Positions 50,196-64,000 of a stretch of 64,000 nt of DNA are shown here, piece after piece; the first letter of the stretch is position 1, and each line of letters begins with the position of its first letter. Under the pieces are notes generated by a model that made no database searches, was not told the DNA's origin, and saw nothing but the letters and a program-made list of their open reading frames with translations. This stretch comes from Octopus sinensis (lineage: Eukaryota). The stretch is taken from assembly GCF_006345805.1 (NCBI RefSeq), contig NC_043004.1, forward strand, positions 58,528,001 through 58,592,000, read 5' to 3'. Made by a program: the position numbers and the translations under genes.

Positions 50196-53100
50196 TATTG
50201 TATAAATACTAGTATAAAAAATAAAGTGAGTGATAGAGGCAATATTCTTTTCTACTTTAGGCACAAGGCCCAACATTTTTGGAGAGGTGGGGGGTGCAAT
50301 CGATTAGATCGACTCCAGTACACACTGTAGCAATGTGAAATTAATTGGCTTGCCCTCTTACATGATAAGCTATCTAGTTCAGGAATCGAACCCATGACTT
50401 TATGATCATGAGCCCAACACGCTGACCACTAAGTCATGTGCCATCATTAAAAGATATAGATAAAGAAATCTAATGTAAAATGTATGATTTGCAAATAATA
50501 AATCAATGTAATAAATCAATAATAGTAAAATATTTTAATAATTGTTATTTGAAACATTAATTGTTATTTAGTGATTGATGAGATTATTTAGTGGTTGATA
50601 AACTTTAAAATGACATTATGAAAATGATAAATTTGAAGACTCGAATTCACAATAATTTGTTATTTGTAAGAGTGTCAGTTTTTTGTTTCTTACTTGAATT
50701 GAAAAATATCGAAAGACAAAAGCACATGAAAATAATATGCACCTATTCTATAGACAAAGAAATCATCATCATCGTCATCGTCATCACCGTCGTCATCATC
50801 ACTTTAACATCACTTTTCCATGCTTACGTGGGTTGGACGGGGTTTATTTGAGGAAGATTTTCTATAGCCAGATGCCCTTCTAGTCACCAACCCTCACTTG
50901 TTTCCAAGTAAGGTAACATCTCTTCATGGCCAGATACGTTTTTACAGGTTAGTGGAAATGAACAACACTGCTTGTATAACAGTGACAATCATTTTACATC
51001 TATTGTGCAATGTCAAGTAAAGGAAACACAAACATGAACATGCTTGCACACATACATACATATTTATATATGACAAACTTCTTTCAGTTCTCTTCTATCC
51101 AAACCCACTCACAAGGCTTTAGTAGACAACTCTAGCCCGAGGTGCCATACAGTGGAACTGAACCTAGACCCATGTGGTTGAGAAGTAAACTTCTTACCAC
51201 ACAGTCACACTGGTACTGATGAATACGCTACAAAAATTTAAAGTAATTTCTGAATGAAATTCTTCAATCATAAACTACACAAAAATAACATGCATAATAG
51301 TTATTTTATCATGGTTGAATGATTACATGGAAAATATAATAAATTTTCCTAAGCAAAAGATAAAGAAAGAACGACTGAAGGAAACCAGTTTTAGCATTTT
51401 GCATTGGACAGGAAATAGTGAATATTCTAATAATGACCTATTAGAAATAAAAGAGCAGGGTCATCAGTTTTAAGAAAATAGCAATAATTAAAAATCATTA
51501 TCATGGAAGTGAAGCTCTTTTTTGATGGATTCAAAAAAAAAAGGGGCTTTATTTAGAGGCAAGGAAAAACTTATAAAAGGAGATGGGTTGATGAATCATT
51601 GTTACAATGAAATGAAAATAAGATTGCAAACAATAATAACGACTGTAAAATAAATGTTGGCGTTTGAACTTACTAATCTTGTAGAAGAATCTGATCAGAA
51701 GTATTAATGAGAAACTGCTGTGTATATATAGAGTTTTTAATCAAAGACAGATTTTGGGATTAATAATGAATGAAGAGCTCACTTTTGATCTATGAAAGAT
51801 AATCCAAATTGTCTTTTTTTTATTTCTTTAATTCAATCTTCAGGATATATTAGTTTTTCAAATGAATCACCAGCAATTATCAAGGGAACCACATCATGCT
51901 CATTTGATGTGCTAGAGTTAACAGACAAACCTCCCTCAAATCACTACTGTTTTTGAAAAACGGGATACACTAAATAAAGTAGTCCAGACACATTATTCAA
52001 GAAAAACCTGCAGGATGCTAGTTTGGATAATGTTAATGATAATTTTATGCACTGGATGAGAAGTGATGTGTTATGCCTTAGTAGTCTGGCTCCAGAAACA
52101 CAACGCAATTTGATCTAAGCAAAATCATTTCCAGAATTTAAAAAATATGTCAAATAACTGCTTAAATGCTAAAATAACTTTATAAATAGGTCATCTAGTC
52201 TATCTTACTTGGATCATACTATCCATTACATTCTTGTTTAGCATTCAGGAAGTTCAACAGGGTAACATTCCATACAGAGTTGTTCAAAATATGCAAAGAT
52301 AAAACATTTTTGAAAGAAAGGTTTCATTTGTTGTCCAAGTAGTTAGATATGTAGACTTGTGTATTCATGAATCATGCCCATATTAATGATATTGGATTGC
52401 TTCTTGTCACGGTAGATTCCTTTTCAGAGATAATTCATTATCCTAATAGGGAGAACTCAACTCTTAAAAAATGTATGAGTGTACTTGTCTTTTGGATTGT
52501 TGTGCCAAAACTTTGGGACTGTACTCCTAAATTTCATAACAGTAATCTCTGTTGACTCCAGTAATCTTCATTACTCCAGATTATTGATTGCATTCATTGC
52601 AAAATAATATCTGCCTATTATCTGCAATCAAAAAGAAACCACAGAATGAATGTTTCAAGCAATTAAAATAAGCTTAAATCTGTTATCTGCCAAAGAGAAA
52701 AATTTGAGTCATTTTGTCCCAACTCTGTTTCTTAATGCTCAACAGCCTCCAAACTCATTTGCATTGATGTAGTGGCTTTCATATCCTGAAAAGTAGCATG
52801 AATATTCAAAAAAGTAGCATTCATATCCTGATGTGATATAAAAAAGATATGGTTCAACACAGGAAATTGCAAAATTTGAGATGCAATCTAGAAACAACAC
52901 TGCTTTCATAAGAAGGAACAGGACAGGAACTTTGGTTCATGCATACCAAAAATGAACATCATCATCATCGTCTTTCTTTAATTTTCATGATTCAACAGAA
53001 TTCTATAAGCCTGAGGGCTGTATTGGCTTCCTGGGTCTGTGTTGGCAATGTTTTTTTAACTAAATGCCAACTACTTCACAAAGTGTATTGGGTTCTTCTT

Positions 53101-55351
53101 TGTAACACCAGCACTACAGGGGTCAGTAAACAACACACATGATAAGACCCCTTCTCAGAGTGGGGTGCAGTACTGAGGAAGGTGACATTGTACCTGGTAA
53201 GAGAGACTACAGTAGGAAAGAGGGATAAGAAAATGTGTCTTGTAGAGGAGATATATGGCTACAATTGCAATGTTTCCTTGCAAAAGAGTAATCACACTCT
53301 ATTAGCCATTAAAGAATCTTAATACACGGTAGGAAAAGAAGAAATTATGAATCAAAGGTTCATGATTAACTAATGATGAGGAGGCTGATTGTAATTTAAA
53401 CATCACTAAAGTAGCAGGTGTTTGTTAGAAAATAATAAAACCTAAAGGACTTCCCTGAATTAGTGAGACATGGACAAATATGCCTTACTAATGTATTCAG
53501 TGTCAATCAACGATTTGAGAAGACATTAATTACGACAGTCAATATTGATCATATTTTATGTGCAAGGAATTTAGTTGAAATAACCTGATTAACCTCCACT
53601 TCATGTTCAAAATTCTATTTGAGATTTTGCTGATATTTGAAATGACAATTTCTCTTGTAATTTGCATAGAAAAAAGTCTTTGCTGTATAATAAAAATAAA
53701 GAAGTTAATTTATGTTCAATTTTTGTTTTATAAATGGCAACCATACTGAAGAAATTTGATTTTTTAAATGTTACATTCTGAAGCAAAAGCAGTACATGTG
53801 CTATAATTCACAGGGTAGAAAAAGGACACAACAAGAAATCAATGCTGTGCCAGTCCTTCAACTATTTTTCATTAAACTTAGAAACATGGATTTTTATAAC
53901 ATTTTCAACAACTTCTCATTGATAAACATAAATTCAATTTAGAGAATGAAATAAATCTGTTTTACTTATTTCTAACACCCTAAGATGCATTTATATAACT
54001 GAAATATATTACATAGGCCATCCCCTAAGAAGATAATCATTTTCTGTGGTTAAAATTTTTAATTTGAAATTAAGGAATTATAAGGAAGGTGCATATATTA
54101 GGTGTAATAATATATTTTTAAATATATCAAATATACAAATACATTTTTGTTCCATATTATAGCCTAGTAAACTATTATGAACTAATTCATTTAATTAATA
54201 TATATATATATTGCTTGAAAATAAGCCAAAATATCACCAACTTACATTGTCATAATCTCTAAAATAAACTGGACTGATCACCTGGTCAATATTTCTGATC
54301 ATAATAAATCTTATTTTTTGTCCTACCCGGCAGTATTTCACATTCAGATGTTTGTTCTGAGGCCAATCCTTTTAGCCACATTTTTTTTTCTACGTACCTA
54401 TTCTAAAAAGAAATATAGTTTGGCTTTATTCTAATAGCTTATTTAAATGCATTTGACTGTTGAAAAGTTTGTGATAATGAACACTGATAGATGCTGATAA
54501 TTTTTTTTAACATATTATTGACATTTTAAAGAAGCAGAAATTGAATGTGTCTTGTTTTCCCAGACTATATCATCAAATAATTTCATTGCATATTAGGAAG
54601 AAATAAACATTATATCTAAAGTGAAGATTTTAAATATATTCCATTTATGTAGAAATAAACTATAAACTCTGATTGTACAGACACTATGACCTGTGATCAT
54701 ACCATCCTTTTTTCATGATTTAGAACTACCTGATCCAATATTTATTTTGTCTTTCAAGACAGTAGTATGTTATTTAAGGGAGATTTGGTTGCTATTTCTG
54801 TTTTGTCCATCAATCCCATAAGTCACTTTCATTGTCTCATTAAATGAGCTACTAATATAAACAGCAAACTTAATACACTAGTCAAGAGACTTATTCTGAT
54901 TGAGTAGTTAAGAAGTTTGCATTTCAACTACATGGTTACAGTTTTGATGCAGGCAAGTCTCTTCTAGCAGAGACTCAAGTTGACCAAAGTGAAATTTGGT
55001 GCAGAAGCCTGTTGGCATGAGCACTCCTGGTTCTGGCTGGTAAATTTAATCTCTCATCCTTTTTAACTCCATTTGGGTGCAGTTGCCAGATTCTACTCAA
55101 CTCTATTCAAGCATATAGACTAGGTCACAGACCAGAGGATGACCTCCTCCCTCTCTCCCATAAAATTCAGAAACATTGGAAAAGATTTAAAAGATTTAGA
55201 GAAAGTGATCATTAATGACTTATTCAAATTTCAACACATCCAGATTATAAATGATTTCTTAATCTAAATGGAAATATGTCTATGTATGGCACTGGTATGA
55301 AATACTAATGCTGTCATATAGTAAGAGAGAAATATCCATGGATACAGAATA

Positions 55352-55359
55352 AATATTTC

Positions 55360-55390
<31 letters not shown>

Positions 55391-55408
55391 CATACATACA
55401 TACATACA

Positions 55409-55440
<32 letters not shown>

Positions 55441-55462
55441 CATACATACATATATATATATA
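55352..55462. repeat. (CATA)n microsatellite
   Basis: Directly visible. Confidence 0.97.
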
Positions 55463-57600
55463 ACAGAGTTCATTAAACAATACCTTAAAGCGTTTTGAAC
55501 TGATCTAAAGTTTTTGTAAATGAAATTTAAAAGTTTAACGGAGGCTTAAGAATTTGTCAAGGAATATATCATTCCTTCTATACATTAAGGCGGTGTTCCA
55601 GCATGGCCGCAGTCAAGATGATAGAATAGAATATATTTTGACATCCAAGCCCATGTTAATTTTATTTCACTGTATATCATAACATTTAAAAACTTCTACA
55701 TTTTTCACATATTCTTTATTATGAACAAGTTATTTATTTTTATTCAGAAATTAAGATTATTTTATTATTTAAAAATAAAATATTTAACAAATTTCATATC
55801 ATACTTGATATCGTTTGCTAATCTACTGGAAGCCCTTAACTCATAGATACAAAATATCCTTTTCTGCATACATTTTATAAAAACTATATCTTTGACATCT
55901 AAATAAAAAAAATTGAATTGGTTTAAATAATTTTAATAACTATTTTTGTTAAATAAACATACTTTCACATACTAACACCGATTTCTTAATAGATTGCTTC
56001 ATGTGTATACATTATTTTTTAGTAAAATAATCAGCTAGCACATAGTGTCAAATCATAATCCTAGTTAATCAAGAAAGTAATCTGATAAGCCAGAGTTTTC
56101 AACAGCTCTTTAATTCTATATAATTTTGCTTCTAAGTTTAAGCTTTCTTGTTCCGTTCTATAAAAGAATATTCTTCTAGCTACGAGATTCAAGAACAATT
56201 TTTAAAAATTAAATCTGATTGTCTACTTCTTAAACTTTTACAATTTTATACATTAGAATAATTGTATAAATAGTTCATTAGCGATGTAACTCTTTAGAAA
56301 GAAAAATAGTTCTAAATGATAGCATATCTATAGCTACTAGCTACACTTTAGAAGTTCCAGCTGATAAAGTATAATTGCACCATAAATAAAAAAAGTTAGC
56401 TCTCTCCTGACTGTAGGTAAAATTTTATTTGAACTAAAACCATGTTTATAATGGCAGGATAAATATATCATAGAAATAATTAAATACTTGACAAATTATT
56501 GGAGCTGACTTCTGTGAGTAGTAGCCTTTACTTATACTGTAATTATAAACTGTTAGTTGAGGAATTTAAGGGGAATCATTTCAAGGAAGGTTAAAAAATA
56601 TCAAAGATTCAGTACAATCTCTAGCATTAGACATTTCTTATATGAGTATGCCAACTGAAGAAGTTAAGATAACACAGAATTTTTTTTTTGCTTAAATTTT
56701 AGAATTAAATGCAATAAAATTTGTAGAACCCCATTCAGTATTTATTTTAGACTCTGAAATCTGGCTGGAAGTAATAATTGTGTGTGTCATTTCAATGGAA
56801 GCCAAAACAAAAAATTCTAATGAAACAAAAGATTGTGAAGTGTGAATAGAAAAAATATGTGTGGAATCAGTAATAAAGGAGCGAATGGGGTTCTTTGTAG
56901 ATGAAAGTAGATCATTGGTGAATAGAAACCATGTTGATTAGAAGCCTGAGTCCTGAAAGATGTTTCTGTTGATAGCATGACTATAAATAGGAGTACAGCA
57001 TTCATCATAACATGATTTTTAAATATTATAAACAGTTTATTTAGAGCATTATATAATAATTGTTAGTGCATGTTAAAAGTTAATAAACCTTTATGTAGTA
57101 ATTAACATGACAGAGAAACATGTTACAAATTGGTAAACTGATATGAAAGCATTTCCATTACTTCATACCTTCAGTCAATTAAATAAAATATTTTCTAGAA
57201 TTCAAAAGTTTGTTATCTTATAAATTTAAAATTGTTAATATTTTACTTTTTGAGAAATGTAAAAAAAATATTAGAAACAAAGCTTTGAAAATAATTGAAA
57301 ATCTAGATACACTTGAAGGAAATGGATTCATACGTCAGATGCCAAAGGTTGAAATACTCAATATCACATGCACATAACTCTATAGTTCACATACACATAC
57401 AAATATGCACATTCATACTTACATTATTATTGCATGCTATATTCTGTTTAGATGTTAGTGCTAATTGCTATATAATCATTGTATAAAAGTACTTACCTAC
57501 ACCCACATCAATAATATTTTATTTTTTTCACCTTTTTAACTTTTTGGACTTGAAATATTTTTCAGTTCATTTTAAGTTATGTTTTTGTTTACTTGTCCAG

Positions 57601-57728
57601 GAAAATCTCGACCTGGGAAGTTCAAGCATGATCTACATTCTGATTATGACTACAAGGCGGTTAATGTCATAAATTGTAATCAAAAAGAGACAGAAAGCAT
57701 ATGTAGATTCCGGCATAGCTTTCCTTAA
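57601..57728 (+). CDS. Probable terminal coding exon of the same gene (G)KSRPGKFKHDLHSDYDYKAVNVINCNQKETESICRFRHSFP*
   Basis: Strong acceptor gtttttgtttacttgtccag|GA at 57600/57601; phase 1 matches the 15584 donor (G+GA=Gly); 41 further sense codons then TAA at 57726-57728; GC-richer than flanks. The join across a ~42-kb intron is inferred. Confidence 0.6.
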
Positions 57729-58026
57729 GTCCTTTATGCCAGTTTCTTGCCTTGGAATTTACCAGCTGTCATCTGCATATCTTATCACATTACAAAATCG
57801 GAAATTTATTCATATTAACTACCATCTGACAATCCATCATCATCATATAAGACATCTTCATACAGTACATTCTCACTTAGAAGTATTCATCAATCATCTA
57901 AATATTCTGCAAAAAGGGAAAATAATTTCAAATGTACATAAAAAGGAAAAGTTACTCATCCATTAAATTTTGCTAGCATTTCTTAACCAAAACACTCTTC
58001 CATTTAATTTTACAGACTTTCAGCAA

Positions 58027-58092
<66 letters not shown>

Positions 58093-61000
58093 ATTCTGAT
58101 ATTTTTTTAAAGCCTTCAGGAGAAACAAAGCTTAAATAACACTCTTCAACAAATCTACAAGAAAGGCTTTATTAATAAGCAATCGTCTAGATAAAATTAC
58201 TATGCAAAAATATATAGTTTATAAGTTAGTGAGATTCACCAAATGGCCGCCCAACACTCATCATACATGTGATCAGCTATTCAACTGGCTGGCTTGTGAC
58301 AAATGTCAGTTACTGTTTGACCAGCTGCACAATTACCAAACGGAAACACATTACTCAGGACTTGCGGTAAAGTGCTCAATGATATTATATTTTTTTCTTC
58401 ACTTGCTTCCTCAGATCTATGTGCTGTTTGCATACCCAGATTTTTTGTGACATTATTTGGATATATATATCAAAGTATTTCAAAGAATCATATTTCCTGA
58501 AAGGGAATTTAATATTTTGATAATAGATACATTGAGTTTAGGTTAGAAATATCATTACAATTTTCACTTAAACAAATTAAAATCTGCTGCACTAAAAGTA
58601 ACTATTCTATTCTAATTACCTAAATTTTCTCAGTAGTAGAAGCTTAAATTTAATTATTAGCGAGTATTTATAAATCTACTGATAGTTTTCGTGACAGTAC
58701 AATACCTAAGTTAAATAATAAACACAATTTGGTTTAATATATAAATCACTCAATAGATTTAATCCCATGTCTTTATTATTTTAACGATAATTGAGCATTT
58801 GACTAAAATTTATAAAATATATATATTCACCTCTACAATAATTGCTTAATAATAAAAATGCTTTAACTAGCCAGTAGCATGGTAAAACTCTTTTAATCCT
58901 TATTGAATTGAACTCTTTCATATTTTCCATATATTTGAGCCTATAAAAGATGCTATTTGTATAAGAATAGTCCCACACTAATATTGACGTGGCTGGAAAA
59001 ATTAAGTAATGCCTGCAAACAAAAGACAAAATTATAAATTTTTGGATAATTTTAATAAAAATATTGTGAATATGAAGGATAAGTAATATAAGTAAATTAG
59101 TTTAATCATATGCACTATTACCTTTCTGAGTGTAAATTATGATTAACATCTGTTGAGTGATAACTTTAATTCCAAGACTCATTGATTGCTAAGTCTATTA
59201 AAACCATTTTTAAAAAATAGTTCTGACATCGCTTGTCTCATTTAAAAGCCTTAAAAGTCCAACAACATATTTTAGCTGAATAATTTCACAATCTGCTATT
59301 AGATAGTAACAATATAACTTATTTTGTATGCAATGTGCCATATAGTGGGCTTGTAGAATTTAATATTATCATAGGATTTCGCATTTAAATAAGCTACTGA
59401 ACTTTATTCAATTCTCAGATTATCTTTAAAATAATTTTTAATATTTAACAAATGACAAAGCCAGGATAATTCATTCAGTCTAAGCAAGGATTGTTGTGTT
59501 ATCTGTTAAAGTAAAATTTTGGAATATCTTAGTAATAGTATTGTAATAGCCTTCCTCAAAACTTATTTCTTTTACTTGTTATTCTCTATAATTTCATGTA
59601 ACTCCTCTCTACCTTCCAATTTCCTTGAAATTACTTTCATATAATAATTAAGTTTTATAGGTTGTATTAAAATGCAAAGAGATATTTAAATTTATACATG
59701 AGGAATAGTGTCAAAATGTTAGGTTTAATTAGATGGGATCATAGCCTTAATGAAAGCATTTGAAACTAACTGAACACAGATATCTAAATGAGATAGAAAA
59801 TATTTAGATATTTTTTCCATTATCACACATTTTTCTCATGTAAATTTTCCACTGGAAATATTCTAACAATGGATGAAATACATTATTCATTACAATGAAT
59901 AATTTCATGAATAATATTTTATAGAACAAGAAATGTATTATACAAACTTCTTAAAGGTTTTATTTTATGAATGGTATCCTTTGTTAATTATTAACAGTAA
60001 TGATGGGTTAACTACCCATTCTTGAGGCAAACTAACAAGAGTGTATGAAGATACAGTTATGAGGTAAAACTTATTAATTGGTACCTCAAGAAGTTTTGGA
60101 ATACTTTTGCAAAAACGATGTATGAGATCATCAGCCACCAGATATTGCTGAGATAGAAATATGAAATGTAAACAATATTGGCTGTGAGAAATGAATTCAA
60201 ATAAAAATTTAAAATTGAATTGAATAGCGACAAAATTTCAGCATATGATGTTGAATTAAATTTGAGAAAACAATTCTAAAATTAATTTTATTTTAGAAGT
60301 GACATTAACGATTTCATTAAATATCTGTTCTTAATTAACAAAAGTAAATGTTTAAAATTACTGAAGTTAAACCAAAGTTCAGTTATGAATTAACAAATAT
60401 AGTTTTTGATATTATTTGTTATATGCTAAGAAATAGACATTTAATACTTCGTAAAAATCATATAGTTAAAATATGATTATTGTTTGTTATATTTTCATAT
60501 AATCAGATATTATAAAAGTATGTTTTAATGTAGAAATACTGTAGTGATTATTGTATGAAATGCAGTAACATAACAATACTAGAATTGCTCAATAATCAAT
60601 TTTGGCCATAAAATATAGAAAACGTATTAATATATATACGTACAAGAATGGTTACATCAAAAAGGTGCTGCTCCATCACGCACCTTTGGTGAACGTATTT
60701 CTGAGCAGGAGGAACTAATGTTTCAAACAGTGTGTAACAATCATTGGGTGTTTTGACTGAATCATGATATTCTCTTTTTGGTGGGTTGGCAGTAGTGACC
60801 AAATAAATACCATCTTCTTTCCCTAGCTTTCAGCTCCTCTCGCATTTGTGCTTATTAAACTTTCATCTGGAATTAAGACATACATTATGCATCACCCTTT
60901 AAGCAATTAATAGACTAGACTTTAGTTGAGAGATTTTGTAGAAGTGTATATATTCTCCACATGCTTTAATATTGCCTTTCCATTCAGTGAATTACATTTT

Positions 61001-62870
61001 ACTGCCAAGTTAAAGGCTGTTGCATTATGTATATTATTACTTCCTTTAAGGCTATTAAGTTAATCTATTTGGAAAATTTTCAGAGAAGTCCCAGAGACAT
61101 TTATTTACTAATTACCAATATTATTCTTGTACACTTTGAAACAGTATTAGTGCCAAGTTCTGTTTCTTATAAATTACTTTGAGATAATCAAGACATTGAA
61201 ACATGCAAGATGGAAATATTCCTTCAAGAAATTCATTTACATTCATAGGAATAAAATATTATGCAAGATTATGCTAAGAAGCTTTTCAGCTTGTAGACAG
61301 TGTAACTGACTCGTTAATTTATCATACAGCCTTAATTAGAGTGGTACAATAAAGAGCTGTTTGAAACTTTGTTAAACAAAATAGAGATATTAGCATTTTT
61401 CATCAGCATATTGTTGAAATGCTAAATATTTGGGTAAATAACCAAACAAAAGATCTATTTATTATCAGTATTATTGTAAAAACACATTTATTTTATATCC
61501 TAAAGAAACACTGAATTTACAAGTTTACAGTATGAAATTTTAGCTGAAATTCAGAAAATTATTAAAGATAGTAATATTATGCACTGATAATAATAAACCA
61601 TAAGCATTAGTTATCTATCAGATTTCTCTTAATATTTTGATAGATTGATTATAAACCTAACTTGCATGTAGATTAATTATAAACCTGTCTCACATGTAGA
61701 TTAATTTAAACCTGACTTACTAGTGAACGTCACTGAATTAGATTTAAAAATAATATTCTTAGATTTCTCAAAAAAGCATTTTCAAGAATATGCAAATGGT
61801 ATGATCTTTTCACAGAAAAATTTAGTTACTTCTTTAGAGTTATTAAACTTGTGAGTATTTTCTTCACCATTTATATCCAATATTTGTACATCTAATTTTC
61901 AAAGGTATTTTTATAGAATTACTTCAGTTATTTAGTATAACAAATAAATATAAGGAAGTCTTTAAATAAAATATAATCAACTTTAGAATATTCAAAATAA
62001 TATTTAAAAGCGTATCAGAAAATATGATACAACACAAAATATATTATTTTACTTCTAGTGATCATCTTCTAGTGAGCAGCAGAAATAGAATTATAGCCTT
62101 TTAAATTTTACAATAATTCTTTTTAGCCTAAAATTTTAGTATTACATTTAGAATACAAAAGTTTAGAAAATTTGATTGCTAAATTGGGTATTTCATTTGG
62201 TGGGGTCTTATACTTTTGATGTCACATCTAATCTATATATTGTCTGCATCCAGTTATTAGAAATGTCTTTTTAAGTATTCACTGCAGGGGTAAACATTTG
62301 TATATGGTCAATATCACAGTTATTTTATGTTGGTTATGTGACTGAGACATGGAGATAGATGAAACATCTTACTTCTTTAAGATATTTCACCTGTTTCTAC
62401 TAACTTTTTTTCCCGAGAAAGAAAATAAATTAATTAAATTAGCCATGCATAAAATGAAATTACCTTAGAATAATTATGTATATAAAAGCTTTAAAAAATA
62501 AATAGATAGAAAATTTTATAACTCTGTGACACAAAAAGCAATGTTAAATGAAATTACATATTTCTCTTCTTGTTCCTACCTAAGATGAGTCATAAATTAG
62601 AAAGGCCATCTAGCTGTAAAATACTGAATACATTGCATTTAATGTATGCTAATATTGAAGCAATTGGTAAAAAAAAATTTAAGAAATAATGCTTAAAAAT
62701 AACCAATGACAAAAAATGTATAAATTTTACAGCTAATATTTTTAGCAATAATTCGATGAACATCAAATCTGAAGGTAGCTTTTAATTTGATTTAAAATGA
62801 TGAACAATAATTTTTAATTATCTTTTGCAAATGACTAAAAGTTTTAAGTAAAATTACTTTTGGAATTCAA
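57729..62870 (+). other. Putative long 3' UTR (TE-free AT-rich tract)
   Basis: Follows the stop codon; ~5 kb with no recognisable SINE, Helitron or LINE copy, unlike the rest of the window; several AATAAA, so the true end cannot be fixed. Confidence 0.4.
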
Positions 62871-62880
62871 AAGTTTACAG

Positions 62881-62898
62881 GTAATAATAATAATAATG

Positions 62899-62953
<55 letters not shown>

Positions 62954-63077
62954 TAATAATAATAATGATAATATAGGCACAACTTAATTGACCATACCCC
63001 ATATCTAGTGAGAAGGACATAGTCAATTAAATTAACACCAGTACTAGACTTGTACATAATTTTATTAATCCCAATAT

Positions 63078-63133
<56 letters not shown>

Positions 63134-63148
63134 TAATAATAATAATAA
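62881..63148. repeat. Two (TAA)n arrays
   Basis: 62881-62973 and 63075-63148. Confidence 0.95.
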
Positions 63149-63586
63149 TTTGTTTTTTTTTATTTTTACGTGATTGTTGCTATAAATATCATTTGATATC
63201 ACCATTCACATCATACTATTCCTTGAGCTTTGTTCTCTCTTGTGTCAAGGCCATAATCCCTCCATAAATATCACTGTATCTGTTCAGTCATCCTCCAACA
63301 TGATCATTAAAATCCATTACTCTTATGAGAATGTCATTATAATCTCTCTTTGAGGTAGTATACATTAAAAGCCTCATAGAACTGGTCCTTTCATTCATCT
63401 AATTATCATATTCATAGGACATTAATAAAGATACAGTGGCTGTCAATTAAACTTGATTATGTTTAATGATATCATTCCTCACCTTAGCTACTTCAATGAT
63501 TATATTCACTATTTAAATTACTTTTAAATCAGTAATTACTAATTGAGGAATTTTCTTGATGATTTGTAAATATAAATATATATATA

Positions 63587-63636
<50 letters not shown>

Positions 63637-63809
63637 CTAATGTAAACATTAAAATATACATCATATCACTAAACTTCTAATGTCCTGTAATAATTCTAGC
63701 ATACTAGAAATAGTTTCTATTACCTTAAGATATCTTCTAATAATGCAAATATGAGGGGTTGTTGGGATTTTTCATGAATTCCCAATAAAATACCCAGACA
63801 CTGAAAGCA

Positions 63810-63990
63810 ACAAGTTGGCAGAGTGGTTGGAACATTGGATAGAATGCTCTGTAGTATTCAGTTCAAATTTCAAACCACTCTAACATCAGCTTTGTCTTTC
63901 ATTCATACGGGGGTCAATAAAAAAGTACTGATCCAGTGCCGTGGATTGGTGGAACTATTTAGACAGACAGGCAAGATGTGCTCTGACAGT
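63810..63990 (+). mobile_element. Decayed SINE family B
   Basis: aagttggcagagtggttgg...cagttcaaattt...tttgtctttcattcatacgggggtcaataaaaaagtac. Confidence 0.55.
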
Positions 63991-64000
63991 AATTTCTGAG

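Overview
AT-rich, microsatellite- and transposon-dense animal genomic DNA. The repeat landscape (several tRNA-headed SINE families, non-autonomous Helitrons, mariner/pogo MITEs, RTE, Tx1 and R4-type LINE debris, long TA/CATA/TAA arrays) is what I recall for coleoid cephalopods (Octopus); that assignment is from memory, not a search. There are no prokaryotic features, CRISPR arrays or rRNA/tRNA genes, and nearly all ORFs in the track are translated microsatellites or TE fragments. The one convincing host gene is on the + strand: a 745-bp exon (14840-15584) and a phase-compatible terminal exon (57601-57728, stop TAA) separated by a ~42-kb intron. The large exon encodes a disordered tail with a motif (KGCIEMKTL...STASTDTYASCFTHP) that aligns by eye with the Kv2/Shab PRC phospho-FFAT motif, so this is probably the 3' end of a Shab/Kv2 potassium-channel gene. 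Most notable extras: a possible short isoform by donor read-through, a 196-bp loopless palindrome, a minimal Penelope-type hammerhead ribozyme motif, a cluster of long intronic inverted repeats, an exact TSD-SINE-TSD-SINE-TSD dimer, TAA-associated R4/Dong-like LINE nests, module-swapping SINE families and a TE-free putative long 3' UTR. I did not find a clearly new biological system; the findings are candidates with stated tests.
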